A DNA stretch of 64,000 nt, taken from the NCBI GenBank assembly GCA_038087875.1, contig CM075998.1:746001-810000 (forward strand). The letters are read 5' to 3'. The notes beneath the pieces are model-generated. The model saw nothing but the letters and a program-made list of their open reading frames with translations. It searched no databases and had not been told where the DNA came from. Shown piece after piece: positions 49,914 through 62,836 of the stretch; positions within the stretch are counted from its first letter, which is position 1, and each line of letters opens with the position of its first letter. The translations under genes and the position numbers were made by a program. The DNA comes from Malacoraja senta. Its lineage: Eukaryota.

Positions 49914-51491
49914 TCAGGGGATAGGTTCTGGGTAAATGCCTTTTGTTCTTTCAGCTGGACAATGCCACAGGCTGGTCTCGGTTGCAGCTGGTATATCTGG
50001 GCTTTGTTTCTCTGTCATAAGGTCATAAGTGATAGGAGCAGATTTAGGCCATTCAGCCCATCAAATTTACTCCGCCATTCAATCATGGCTGATCTATCTC
50101 TCCCTCCTAACCCCATTCTTCTGACTTCTCCCCATAACCCCTGACACCCGCACTAATCAAAGTGACCACCAAGGTCCACTGCCACTGCTGAGCTCGAAAG
50201 CAATATCCATTCTCAGGACATGGATGTTGTGGGCAAGGCTGTCATTTGATGCCCATTCCGATTTGCCCTTGAATATTGTTGCCAAGATAGATGGAGGTTA
50301 ATTCAGCATGGAAACTGGCCCTTCGGCCCCCAAATCCATCCTAACCATCAAGCTCCCATCTACACAATAGCCTATTTTCTTTCCCCTGACATTCTCATCA
50401 GCTCCCCCCACCCAGGTTCTAGCCCTCACCAAGATGCAGGCCAGAACGCGACAGGAGATCCTTCTTCCATGTGGCTATCAAACTTTACAACTCCTCCCCC
50501 TTCTGTCGTGGGATAGACTGAGACTGACTCCCCTCCCCCATGTCCCCAATCTTTGCACATGCCGCAAACCTTTACACTCGTCACTTTAATTTCATGTTTC
50601 ATGCATTTTGTGTTTTGTGTATTTTGTGTTTTTAATGACTGTTGGCAGATCAATTTCCCTCCTGGCATCAATAAATTTCTATTGTTTCGTATCATTCCCA
50701 CACACTGCAGACAATTTACAGCAGCCAGTTAACTTACCAACCTGTACGCCTTTGGGACGTGGGAGGAACCAGGATCATGCTGGGACTTCTGGTTAGGCTG
50801 ACTTTGAAGCATTGCGTGCAGTTCTGGTCGCCCCCATAACAGGAAGGATGTGGAGGCTTATGAAAGTGTGCAGAGGAGGTTTACCAGAATGATGCCTGGG
50901 TTAGGGGGTATGAGCTACAGGAAGAGATTGGACGGACTTGGATTGTTTTTCCTAGATGCCAGAGGTGATAGAAGTATATAAAATTATGAGAAGGCATAGA
51001 TGCGGTAGAAAGTCAGAACCTGTTTTCCCCAGGGTGGAAATGTCAAATACTAGAGAGGATAGCTTTAAGATGAGAGGGTCAACGTTTGAAAGAGGGCAAG
51101 TTTTTTTTACACAGAGGGTGGTGAGTGCCTGCAACGCGCTGCTGAGGGTGGTGCTTGAAGCAGATACGCTAGTAGTGGCATTTAAGAGACTTTTGGATAG
51201 GCACATGGATACGCTGGGAATGGAGGGATATGGGTTATGTGCAGGTGGATAAGTGATAGTCTTGGGTCATATTCGGCACTGAATGTTTGGCCTGAAGGGC
51301 CTGTTCTTGTTCTATGTTCTATCTCGGAGAAATCCTCAATAGACAATAGGTGCAGGAGTAGGCCATTCGGCCCTTCGAGCCAGCACCTCAAGTTACAGGG
51401 GAGAACGTGCAAACTCCAGGCAGACAGTGCCAGAGGTTGGGATTGAACCCAGATCTCCGGCACTTTGGAAAGCAGGTTTGCGTTTAGTTTA

Positions 51492-51654
51492 GGTGACGTT
51501 TCGGGTTGAGACCCTTCTTCAGAGTCTGAAGAAGGGTCTCAACCCGAAATGTCACCCATGCCTTCTCTCCAGAGATGCTGCCTGTCCCGCTGAGTTACTC
51601 CAGCATTTTGTGTCTGTCTTCAGTGTAAACCAGCGTCTGCAGTTCCGTACACAT
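51492..51654 (+). mobile_element. PLE-terminus element with back-to-back inverted hammerhead motifs, in CDK4 intron 1
   Basis: Palindrome at 51492-51556 with a 1-nt spacer, then the terminus and tail. Confidence 0.75.
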
Positions 51655-51969
51655 TTAGGTGTCGTTTAGTTTATTGTCAGTGGCGCCACTGTGCTGCCTC
51701 CTTCCAGGCGTGTGTGGATTTCGGGAGTTCTCTCTAAGCTGCAAAGCTTTTTAGCGATTTAATAGCTGCATTCTGTCTACTGAGTCTCATGTGTAACCCT
51801 TGATGCTTTGGCTCAGACACCAGCGGGGACCATGTACCCATCCTCTAGCCTAGGCTCCACGCTAGTCTGGCAATAGGTTCAATAGGCGACTCATTGCACG
51901 TTTGGCATTGATTCCCTTCCAGGTGCAAGTCGGCCGGCCGGTCGGAGGCTGTTGAGGAGGCGCCGCGTA

Positions 51970-52187
51970 ATGGAGCAGTGTCCAGTGACCCAGTACGAGC
52001 CCGTGGCGGAGATCGGGGGAGGAGCCTATGGCACCGTCTACAAGGCCCGAGACTCGCGGAGCGGCAAGTTTGTGGCTCTCAAAAACGTGAGGGTTCACCG
52101 GGACGAAGAGGGCCTCCCCGCCTCCGCGGTCAGGGAGGTGGCTCTGCTCAAACGGCTCGGACGCTTTGACCACCCCAACATTGTCAG
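51970..52187 (+). CDS. CDK4: CDK4 first coding exon (exon begins at 51923; 218 coding nt)
   Basis: [28 protein letters not shown]...VALKNVRV...[16 protein letters not shown]...HPNIVR. Acceptor cccttccag ends at 51922; donor GTGAGC at 52188. Confidence 0.96.
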
Positions 52188-52710
52188 GTGAGCTGGCTGT
52201 AATGTGAGGGAGGTGGGGATGCTGCCAGAGTGGGGAGGCTGCACTCCACACGTTGCGCCGGTTTGGTGGGTATCGCTGGTCGGCGCAGACTCGGTGGGCC
52301 GAAGGGCCTGTTTCTGCCCTGTATCTCTAAACTAAACTAAAGATTTAGGAATTTGGGAAGAAGGAGAAGACTGTGGTCTGATGCTCTCTCACCATCTCCT
52401 GGTTTTGCTTTGATGGGAGGTGTGAGAGGAATTTTTTGACACAGAGTAGGTGGTGGCAGCAATGCACTGCCTGAAGCGGTGGTGGAGGCCGAGACTTTAA
52501 TCATATTGATGAAGTGTTGAGACAAACGCTTGAATTGCTGAGGCACAGAAAGCTACAGACCAAATGCAGTTGAATGGGACGAGTACAATGGTCAGCATGG
52601 ACATAGTGGGCCGAAGGGCCTGTTTCTGTGCTGTGTGACTCTGTGACGTTGGGCTTTGACTCGGTGGGGCCTCGTGCAGCCATTATAACTACCTATGTGC
52701 GTTGCCACAG

Positions 52711-52846
52711 GTTGTACGACGTGTGCGCAACCACGAGGACGGACCGAGAAGCCAAAGTCACTCTGGTGTTTGAGCACGTTGACCAGGATCTGAAAACCTA
52801 CCTGGAGAAGGCCCCATCGCCTGGACTACCAGCCGAGACTGTGAAG
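52711..52846 (+). CDS. CDK4: CDK4 coding exon 2 (136 nt, hinge region)
   Basis: [49 protein letters not shown] boundaries keep the frame. Confidence 0.96.
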
Positions 52847-53471
52847 GTAAAAAGCAGGGCGCTGGCTGGTGGCCATTTTGTTATCATCCCACTGCTGGCT
52901 ACTTCTTGACGGGAGAGGAGGGCGATGCGGGAGCCCACAGCTTCCCAACCAGCCCTTCTTCCCCCCTCAACCTCCACCCCTATATAGTTTCACTGTTGTT
53001 TTTTAGTGAGAGTAGTCAACGGTGCTCTATTTGTCACACATGCAGCTGCACAATGAAATTCATTTTGCACACATTACACACGAGGGCGCCGACATTTTTG
53101 GCACCATTATTCAAAGTTCAAAGTCCGGGTGGGAATTCCTTTGGAGAAGGAGAAACCAGTAGTTAAGATGCTTCCAAGTATCATTCGTACCCAGGCTTTG
53201 GTCTATACCGAGGGTCTCGACCCGAAACATCACCTATTCCTTTTTTCCAGAGATGCTGCCTGTCCCGCTGAGTTACTCCAGCCTTTAGTGTCTATCTTTG
53301 GTGTAAACCAGCATCTGCAGTTTCTTCCTACACCTCTACTGAGTGGTGGGGAAAGTAAAATAGGAGGCTGGGTATTGGGAGGTCTCAGTAGGGGGCTTGG
53401 GAGGGGGTGGTCCTTGCTGGTGATCTCTTCTAACGCCGGGCCTGCTGTGTGTGTGTGTGTTTTTGGGGCAG

Positions 53472-53639
53472 GATCTCATGAGGCAGCTGCTGAACGGCCT
53501 GGTGTTTCTGCATTCCCACGGCGTGGTGCACCGCGATCTGAAGCCGGAGAACATCCTGGTGACCAGCCGAGGTCAAGTGAAGTTGGCTGACTTCGGCCTG
53601 GCTCGCATCTACAGCTGCCAAATGGCACTGACTCCGGTG
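53472..53639 (+). CDS. CDK4: CDK4 coding exon 3 (168 nt; HRD, DFG and T-loop)
   Basis: [57 protein letters not shown]-loop TP is CDK4-type (CDK6 has TS). Donor GTAAGC at 53640. Confidence 0.97.
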
Positions 53640-54918
53640 GTAAGCAAGAATCGGGCATTTGTCAAGCTTGGTTGAGGTGTCTGTCTGTGTCCATGTCTGT
53701 CGCAATGATAGCAATTTAACAAATTGTTATTTTATTTTGAATGTTTATGGTATTTCTTCCATGATCTTGTGTGCATGTTCCAATATTTATTTTCCACTCT
53801 GCAAAATGTTGTTCAAAATTAGCAGCTTCAATTTTTTAACTTTCCGGTTAGCGACAGAGGGGAAATTCGAGATGTCATCAAAGCCCAGAGCTTCGATGAC
53901 ATCTCCACCTCTGAAGGGCAGGGAATCCCCCAGAAAAAACACCTGATGCCTCGGAGATGTTTGAGTCAGCATAGCTTTTGTGCTGATTGCACAATTAAGG
54001 CCTCCAATTGTAGATCGACTTGCCCACTGTTGACTGATTTTTCTTGGTTATTTTTATTTAATTTGTAGATTCATAGTGTTTTACAGAATGGAAATGGACC
54101 TGTTGGCCTAATGAGTCCGTTCTCGCCACAATGTCTAGCAAATCCAATCCCTTTTGCCTGCATTTGGCCCTATCCCCCTAAGCCTTTGCTATCCGTGTGC
54201 CTATCCAAATGTCTTAAATGTTGAAATTAAACTCGCCTCCCCTGCCTTCTCTGGCAGCTCGTTCCATATACCCATATATTCCACGCTCTTTGTGGAAAAC
54301 TGGCCCCTCAGATCCTCTTTAAATCTCTCCCTCTCACCCTAAACCTATGCCTTTAGTTTTAGACTCCCCTTCCCTAGCAAAAAGATTGTGACTATCCATG
54401 AACCTCAAAATTTCATAAACCTCTATCCGGTATCTCAACACAAAGGGTGGTGGGTGTATGGAACAAGCTGCCGGAGGAGGTAGTTGAGGCAGGGACTATC
54501 GCAACATTTAAGAAACAATTAGACAGGTACATCGACAGCACAGGTATAGAGGGATATGGGCCATACACAGGCAGGTGGGACTAGTATAGATGGGACATGT
54601 TGGTCGAAGTGGGCAAGTTGGGCCGAAGGGCCTGTTTCCACACTATCACTCTATGACTATGGGTCTCTGCTCTTGGCATATCAATCTCTCCTTGTATTTC
54701 AAGCCCTCCAGTCCTTGCAACTCCCCTGCGAATCTTTTCTGCCCCCTCTCTAGCTTAACCATATCCTTCCTGTAACATATGAAAAATAAACTTGGCCACG
54801 TTAGTTTAGTGCAGAACATTTTACCATGGGCTTTTGAGAAGAGGGCTTGGGAAGAACACCGTTTTACTGAAGTTGTGAGAGAGCCCAGTACTTGGTTCCG
54901 CACTCACTTTGTGTTTGA

Positions 54919-55122
<204 letters not shown>

Positions 55123-56677
55123 TGATTAGTGAGGGCATCATAGGTTACGGGGAGAAGGCAGGACAATGGGATTGAGAGGGAAAGATAGATCAGCCATGGA
55201 GCAGACAAGAAGGGCCAAATGGCCTAATTCTGCTCCCATGTCTAATGATCTTATGAACAATTTTTAGTGATCGGGGACAAAATGGGATATACCTGCTGGC
55301 TGTTGCTTAAGGTAGAAGTCAGACAGTTATCTCCCCTCTGGGTCAGACAGGTGTTGGTTTAAATCCTGCTGCAGAGACGAGGGAACAAAAATCCAGGCAA
55401 ATCTCCAAGCGCTGGGATGTATCAGCCTGTCTTCCCAACCTGTTCATGCAGCCACGGACCAGGCATTCCCATGACGAGGATGTTACATCAACAATCCCCC
55501 CCACCCAAGACCCTTTGAGTAGTAGCATTTATTTCGAGCAGCAGTAGGTTTAATCTGAGGGCGGGGGGGTGGGGGGAAAGATTTAATAGGCACTTGAAGG
55601 GTAACCTTTCGCACAAAGGGTGGTGGGCATATGAACGAGTCGCCAGAGGAGGTGGTTGAAACGGGTACTATCGCAACATTTAAGAAATAGTTAGACAGGT
55701 AGGTGGATGGGACAGGTTTGGAGGGATATTGGCCAAACGCAGGCAGGTAGGACTACTGTAGATGGGACATGTTGGTCGGTGTGGGCAAGTTGGGCCGAAG
55801 GGCCTGTTTCCACATCACTCTGTTCTCCTGAAAATCTCCTTCTGTGACGTTGTTTGGAGTAATGTGCTTGTTACTGATGTCCAGCATTTGGGCTGTGGAC
55901 ATTGTGGTTCACCCATCGCAGCTGGCTGAGTGTGTTTGGGGATGTTGCCCTGTGGGAGGGGGCTGACGTCAGTTTGCCTGTTCCACCAGTGGCTTTGGAG
56001 GATTTGGCACAGCCCACATTCGTGGTGTTATCTCTCCAGTGCCACCACTATGGGAGCACTCCTGCAGCCTGCCGCCACCTTCTCAAAGGGTGGTGGAAGT
56101 GTGTAGTTATATTATCCTGTAAATACAGCAAGCATTGTGAAGATAGACACAAAAAGCTGGAGTAACTCAGTGGGTCAGGCAGCATCTCTGGAGAAAAGGA
56201 ACAGGTGATGTTTTGGGTCGAGACCCTTCTTCAGACTGAGAGTGATAAGAGAGCCGAGAGACATGTAAAGGTACATAGAACAGATGAATGGAAAGATTTG
56301 CAAAAAGACAGTTCGAAGCCAACAACGATGATCAAGGAAAGTTAGAGCCCACAATGGTCCATTGTTGGCTGTTGGGTAGGTAATAACAAGAAATACAAAC
56401 AGTGAAACTCAGGACAGTGCAACTAGTCCGACAACAAGGGTGGGGGAGGGACGGAGAGAGAGGGGATGCGAGGGTTACCTGAAGTTAGAGAAGATGTGAT
56501 GAGGTGAGGGGTTGGGGGGGGGGGAGTAAGATGGTCGCTGGGTGGGGGGAGGGTCTCTTTATCTTCTGGTGCTGCTCAATTAAAAATATTCTATCCCTTT
56601 TGGGACTTTACGTTGAGCCGATGGGCTTTCAATGTCCAATTGAGTGTGACTGCTTTATTCTGTTTTCTCTCCTACAG

Positions 56678-56728
56678 GCCCTTGTTTTGTGGGAAATCAG
56701 AAGTTGACCAATTAGGAAAGATTTTTGA
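56678..56728 (+). CDS. CDK4: CDK4 coding exon 5 (51 nt)
   Basis: PLFCGKSEVDQLGKIF(D); strong polypyrimidine acceptor ctcctacag, donor GTAAGT at 56729. Confidence 0.95.
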
Positions 56729-57296
56729 GTAAGTGCACTTGCTATATTCCAGCGGGGCTCAGGAACAGGGGACGTTTTTTAGGGGGGGGGAGGGGTGCAG
56801 GGGTAATCTTGGGAGGCACTACCCAGCCGAGGCAACCTGGAGAGGAAGCGAGGCATCCAGATTGGTTCGAGCACCGCACCACCCACAGGGCTGAGATGTC
56901 TAATTGACTGGGATATTGTGACTTATTGGTCTATTAACAGCGCCGCCAATCTGACCCATGAATTAGCAGTCTGACCAATGAAATCTGTGAGAATTGGCCT
57001 GTTGCTTTGGCCTGTGGCGCAAACCTGCCTCGTGGTTAAATCTCCACGTTATCGTGTGCAAGACGATAATTTAGTGGTCAATGTTTATCTCTTTCGCAAC
57101 ATCACTGCTCCACCGCTGTTTCTGGGAGCTTGCTGGGCGCAAATTGGCTGCCACGTTTCCTGTGTTGCAAGAGCAGCGACGTTTCAAAGGTGCCTCGCTG
57201 GCTGTGAGGCGCGTCGGGACGTCCTGAATGGGACGCGAGAGGTGCTGTGGAAATTGGAGTCTTTTTTTTCTTTATTGGAAACTTCTGTGCTTTCAG

Positions 57297-57432
57297 CATG
57301 ACAGGGCTCCCAGCAGAGGAGGACTGGCCAGAGGACGTGACCCTGCCGCGAAGTGCCTTCACCAACCGGCCTCCACAGTTGGTGACGAACTTTATACCCG
57401 AAATCGATGACTTGGGAGCAAGCCTGCTGCTG
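57297..57432 (+). CDS. CDK4: CDK4 coding exon 6 (136 nt)
   Basis: MTGLPAEEDWPEDVTLPRSAFTNRPPQLVTNFIPEIDDLGASLLL; acceptor tttcag, donor GTGAGA at 57433. Confidence 0.95.
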
Positions 57433-58208
57433 GTGAGAAGCACTCTCTGGGAAATGGCCCATTTAAAGTGGAGTGCCAGGGTTTGACCTAAACAAGTTTT
57501 GTTTTGGCTGAGAACTTTTTGCTGCCTCAAAGCAGCTTGTTTCAATATTCTAGGAAAGGCTCTGCGATATCCATTTGTAGAAGTATTGCCTGTTAACTTC
57601 ACCCCTACCACCACCCTGTTGGGCACAGGGACCACACTGCCCATGTTGATGCCATGTGGGCAGTTTGCAGCATGTTGCCTGTCCCCCACTGGGCACTGCC
57701 CGTGCTTCTGTACACCTGGCAGGGATTTGCTGCAACTCTGCCTTCCAACGGGCTGGATGGTAATAGAAACTGGGCACAACTCTGTGGCCTTGCATGCCAG
57801 CCAATCGCACCCTCACTGCCAGCCCCACCCTTGTTTTTTTATGTGCTTTTAAAGTGTAACAAGCTTTGTTTAGAGGTTGTACAGTGGGGGAAAGGAACTG
57901 TAGGCACGCTACGCAAGAATGTCTGGATACCTGAAGCTTCCAGCCCTGTGTGAAAAGTGACCAGAACTCTCGTCAAATGCTACTTCGTCCTTTCTTCCCC
58001 CGTCCCCATTTCTTCAGTTCCTCGCATCTTGGGTGCCCGGTGCTAAGATTCAGACACGGGGCAGTTGTACCAGACCTTTGCGAGTTCCCCACCGCCACTC
58101 TCGGGCCCTCCGCTGTCTCCAAGTTATCCAATTGCTGTCCCGTGTTTAGTCCGACACCCCCTCCCCAAACAGTTGGAAGACTGAAGCCTAGTGGATGGAT
58201 GGCACTGC

Positions 58209-58513
58209 GGACGGCACGGTGGCGCAGCAGTAGAGTTGCTGCCTTGCAGCGCCAGAGACCCGGGTTCGATTCTCACTATGGGTGCTGTCTGTATGGAGTT
58301 TGTATGTTCTCCCTGTGACCTGCGTGGGATTTTCCTGGCTTCTCTGGTTTCATCCCACATTTCAAAGACGCACAGGTTTGTAGGTTAATTGGCTTTGGAA
58401 ATAAAGGAAGTTGTCCCAAGTGTGTAGGATAGTGTTGGTGTACGGGAGACTGCTGGTCGGCGTGGACTCGGTGGGCCAAAGGGCCTGTTTCCCTGTTGTA
58501 TCTCTAAACTAAA
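58209..58513 (+). mobile_element. Full-length HE1-like tRNA-derived V-SINE (minus copies at about 5236-5515, 7470-7805, 25305-25488, 34915-35225)
   Basis: A box GTGGCGCAGCAG, B box GGTTCGATTC, central GGAGTTTGTATGTTCTCCCTGTGAC block, CR1-like 3' end with (TAAAC)n tail. Confidence 0.85.
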
Positions 58514-59847
58514 CACCATGCCTTGTGCCCATCTCAGGTCAGATGCTAATGACTGGCATCATGCCAGCCTTGCCACTGTTGCACGAGTGTTAACTCAGCA
58601 ACGGGCTCTGCCGTCAGACCAACCTGACAGCTCCCTCCCACTCTCGAAGACATCTCACTGATTCCGAGTGTCTTGATTCTTAAAACATTTAAATTTTATA
58701 CATTTTAAATTCCTATTTGAAATTATTCATTTAAAATTGCATTCGACTTGTGTTTTTATTTTGTGTATTAAAGTTTTTAAAAATACAAACTAACCACTCG
58801 CCTTTTTGAGTGCTGGTTGCCACCGTGTTGCTGCCTCAGCTTGCTGTAGTTCAGCGGTGACTGTGGTTCCTGGAATCCGAAACTTCCTGGTCGGTCCCAC
58901 TCCAGATTGAGACACAAACCCTGTTCCGGTGAGATCTTAAACCAAGAGCCTGTGCATGCTTTTGGGAAGACATTCGCTCAAATTACGTGGCCGTTACTTT
59001 ACAATTTGTTGGAGTTTGCTGCGCGCAATATTGCCTGCTGCGTTTTCTATAATTGAAATGGTGACCGCAATTCAACAGCGTTGCATTGGCTCTAAATGAT
59101 TTGGGAGGTCCTGAAAAGGATGTGAAAGGCGCTATGGAAATGCAGATTCTTTTTTGCCCCCTGCTGAGACCCTCGTCCACATCTTTGCCACTTCCAGGCA
59201 CAACTAACCACCCCTCCTCTATACTCCTCATCCTCCAATCCATTGCCTGTCTTCTAATTTGCACTGAACCCTGATTAGATCCAGGTCTGGGACAGTTTGT
59301 TTTAACATTCCTGAGCCTTGTGTTCCAGCCCACCACAGGTGCTCCTGCTCGCTTGCTCTCTCTCTCTCTCTCTGTGTCGCTCTCTCTGTGTCTCTCTTTC
59401 TCTTTTTTCTCCCCCCCCCCCCCCCCAACCATCCTTACCGATGTCCCAATCACCTTCCGATCTCCACACTCTAATTCTTCGTCATGCATGAATTTAAGGA
59501 CACCATCATTAGCGATATTGCCTTCAGCAGCTGAGCTGTGAAACTTCCACCGACACCTCCCTGCTGCTGTTCCTGGGAGCTGGCTGCGCGCAAACCCACT
59601 GCCAAGCTTCCATCACTCGCAACTACAACGGGCTGCGGAGCGCTTTATTTAGTGCATCCCGCGAGGCGCTATACAAATGCAAGACGCCCTGGCTACCTGT
59701 ATCCTGAGAACAAATGGATCTTTTGATGAAATAGAAACAAATTGTGAGCTGCCTTGTTAGAGTGCTTGATTTGAGAAGATTATTATTTAATCAGTGTCTG
59801 ATGTTCCGATGAGGAGCCAATCATGTTTTTTTCCTTCTCGTTCCCAG

Positions 59848-59937
59848 GAACTGCTGACATTCAGCCCGATGAAAAGAATCTCTGCCTTCAAGGCCCTGGA
59901 ACATCCTTATTTCCTCGGTCAAAGCCCGGAAGTTTAA
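59848..59937 (+). CDS. CDK4: CDK4 last coding exon, ending in TAA; total CDS 909 nt / 302 aa
   Basis: ELLTFSPMKRISAFKALEHPYFLGQSPEV*; acceptor ttcccag ends at 59847. Confidence 0.94.
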   Translation, partial: ELLTFSPMKRISAFKALEHPYFLGQSPEV

Positions 59938-60998
59938 GATGACCCATTGTGACCTGTGGAAAGTAAACTGTAAACAGCTTTGCCTGCTTATCCACACTGG
60001 GGTACCACAGCAGTGCGCAGCTGCCTTAGGGATGTGTGATGCAGGAAGGGGATTTGGGTGGGGGTAGGGAGGGTGGGGGGGACGATGTGTGTAAGGTGAG
60101 AACAAAATCGAGCTTTAACCATCAGAAGAGTTTTCCAGAATTAGTTCTGTTGATCTGTGAAGCTGGTTTCTTTGGGCAGAAGCCAGCAGATGGCAGTGTG
60201 GCACTGGTTTGGGGCTTGCGGTCTGTCAGTTTTGCAATGGCACCGTTTTCTTGATGTGTGTCTGTTTGTCTGTGTGCCGGGCCTTGCCGTTGCACGAGGG
60301 CTGGGAATTTGGTGTCATCTCTTCCTCCCGAGAGAGAGAGGTAGCCATGCACCCTTGCCCCAAACCATCCAACCAAACCCCTCTAATTGGGAGGCTGAGG
60401 CCTCTGCAAGTTAAACTCCCTTCATCCTAGAGGGATGGGTGTTTTAAGTGTAACTCTATACTGCCTGCCACTGGGGCTTTTTACCCCAGGGAAGGGAAAG
60501 TAATTAATTTCATCCTCGTATCTCCAACCTTCCTTCCCGATGCTCTCAACTGTAGCTGTATGCCAGTGTATTGAACTTAAAGGAGCATTGCCCCATTTCC
60601 TTAAGATCCTAATGGACTAACGTCAGCAAGATGTCTATTGACTGCGTTCAAGCAGCTTGCTCAATTCTGTGGCTGTAGGCTGGTGACCAGACTTAAAAGT
60701 CCATGGCTGTTCTTGCTCTTCCCTATTTGGTTGTTGTGTTTCTGTGGCGCCTTTCACCCCACTTTGGGATGCACTTGCCACAATGTGTGCGTGTGAGACG
60801 TCCAGAGTTGTTGCTCTAGAAAAGGCAAGCTTCCACAAGCAGCCATCAGTTAGTGACCAGATCATTTGTTTCTTTCCATGTCAATGTTAATCCCACCCAG
60901 CTCTTCAGAATAATGTCTGGGCATTTTAATTGGCCTGACAGCACCCTTAACCTTGGTGATAGGGAGGGAGGGAGGTTAGTTATGTAATGCAGGCTTCC

Positions 60999-61457
60999 AA
61001 AGTGCTGGAGTAACTCAGCAAGTCAGGCAGCATCTGTGGAGAACATGGATAGGTGCTGTTTCGGGTCAGACTCTTCTTCAGACTGATTCAAGGGGAGGGG
61101 AGAAAAGAAAGCTGGGAGAGAGGAGAGGCAGGACAAAGTGTGGCAGCTGATAGGTAGACACAGGTGAGGGTTTTTTTTGATAGGCAGATGGTTGGAACTA
61201 AGGCCAAAGATTAAAAGTTATTCTGCTATCCAAACCCTCCCTCGCCTGTGTCTACTCAACACCTGTTAGGCTTTCTCCTGCCTCTTCTCTCTTCCAGCCT
61301 TCTAACCACCCCCCCCCCCCTCCATACAATCAGTCTGAAGGATCCCAACCCGAAACGTCACCTATCCATGTTCTCCACAGATGCTGTCTGACCTGCTGAG
61401 TTATTCCAGCATTGTGTCTTTATCTGTAAACCAGCATCTGTAGTTCCTTGTTTCCAC
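60999..61457. mobile_element. Fold-back PLE-terminus element downstream of the CDK4 stop codon
   Basis: About 60999-61150 is the inverse of about 61265-61412; tail ccagcatctgtagttccttg on the right side only. Confidence 0.75.
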
Positions 61458-62653
61458 TTCTAATCCTGGATGTGGAGAAGCAGTTGGGATGCATCAGCTC
61501 AAGATTTTGACCAATATTTATCTCTCCCTAAAACCAAGTCAAGTTACCTGGCTGCCGTGGCATTCCTGCTGTGGCCAAACCGGCAGCTCCTGCACCACAA
61601 ACTGCCAAATAAAGCAATCCATTGGCTGTAACGCATTCAGCACACTCTGAAAGGGATGTAAAAGATGCTACAGGAATGCTAGCTTGCCTTTCTGCGCACC
61701 AATTCCCTGGCAATGTTTAATGGCGGAGTTGATCTGCTGCCGCAGACCAACCGCCTCATGTGATGTGAAGTCAGTTCTTTCTCGGCTGCTGTGAAACTGC
61801 CACTTGTGAACCTGACAACTCCTGATTGTTCCCACTTAAAACTATGGACTTCTTTTTTTAATGGCATCAAATTGTCTGTTGTCTCTGGCAAAGAAATCTC
61901 CAAAGTTTCACTTTCCCACCACTTCAGGGAAAGATTACTGCATCTGATGGGTTTTGGATTTATCTAGATTAAACTGGGAATGGTGTTAAACCTCAGCTGC
62001 AGTACAAATTGCCCCACCTTGTGTTGGTGCAGTGCAATGATTGAGACAGCACTTCATTTTGACTTGTGTAAATGACCTGAAATTTATTGTTGATCCTTTT
62101 GGGCACAGGTACAGTCTGGCTCTGTTGCGTGTGAACCATTTTTAATATGTATAACTTGCTGCTAAAGCTACACCTGATAAGAAATTGTTACCTCTTGCTA
62201 TCGGGCAGCGACAGGGCATGTCACTTCATTCTGTCACGGCAATTTAGAATACGTTTGTTGTCTTTTTATGTAGTGCATTGATTCTGTGTTCTAGTTTAAA
62301 CTAATCCGGCTGCCCAATAAGTACTAACGTTTGATCTTATGAGGGCCAGGAACTTGTGTCGGAGAGCAAAAATCTGTTAACAGGAAAGTCTGGTTAATGT
62401 CCCATCAGCTTTGGATAGTGGATTATGTTCTCAGATGATGAACCAGTTAGTGCATCCTGGTCACCTGGCATGGTTTCAACAAAGGCTGCTCCACGTCTGC
62501 TACTGTTGATTCTCCATTTTGTACCTATTGATTGGCATGCAGCTCTGTGGACTATACATCCAACACAAGATGTAACTTTTTAAACCACGAGTGTGCGTCG
62601 ACTAGTAATGGCTTGAAGTAAGTAGCAATTGTTCCCTTCAATTGAAGCTGTTA

Positions 62654-62836
62654 AGGGGCCTGTCCCACTTGGCCGTCATCTGCGCGTAAATTACGCGACA
62701 TCATATAGCGTCACGATGTGACACGCGCGTGATGCGCGATGACATAGGTAGTAGATGCCGCAGGATTTTGCGATGTACAAAATCTTTGCTCGCCATCTGG
62801 GAGACGCGCAAATGACGGCCAAGTGGGACAGGCCCT
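62654..62836. mobile_element. PIF/Harbinger-like MITE, same family as 49735-49913
   Basis: TIR AGG(G)GCCTGTCCCACTTGGCCGTCAT; TSD TTA. Confidence 0.85.

Noticed and set aside
57102..57779. 225-aa antisense ORF overlapping a CDK4 exon
   Set aside because: No recognisable domain, runs into a SINE remnant, and is probably a chance ORF.
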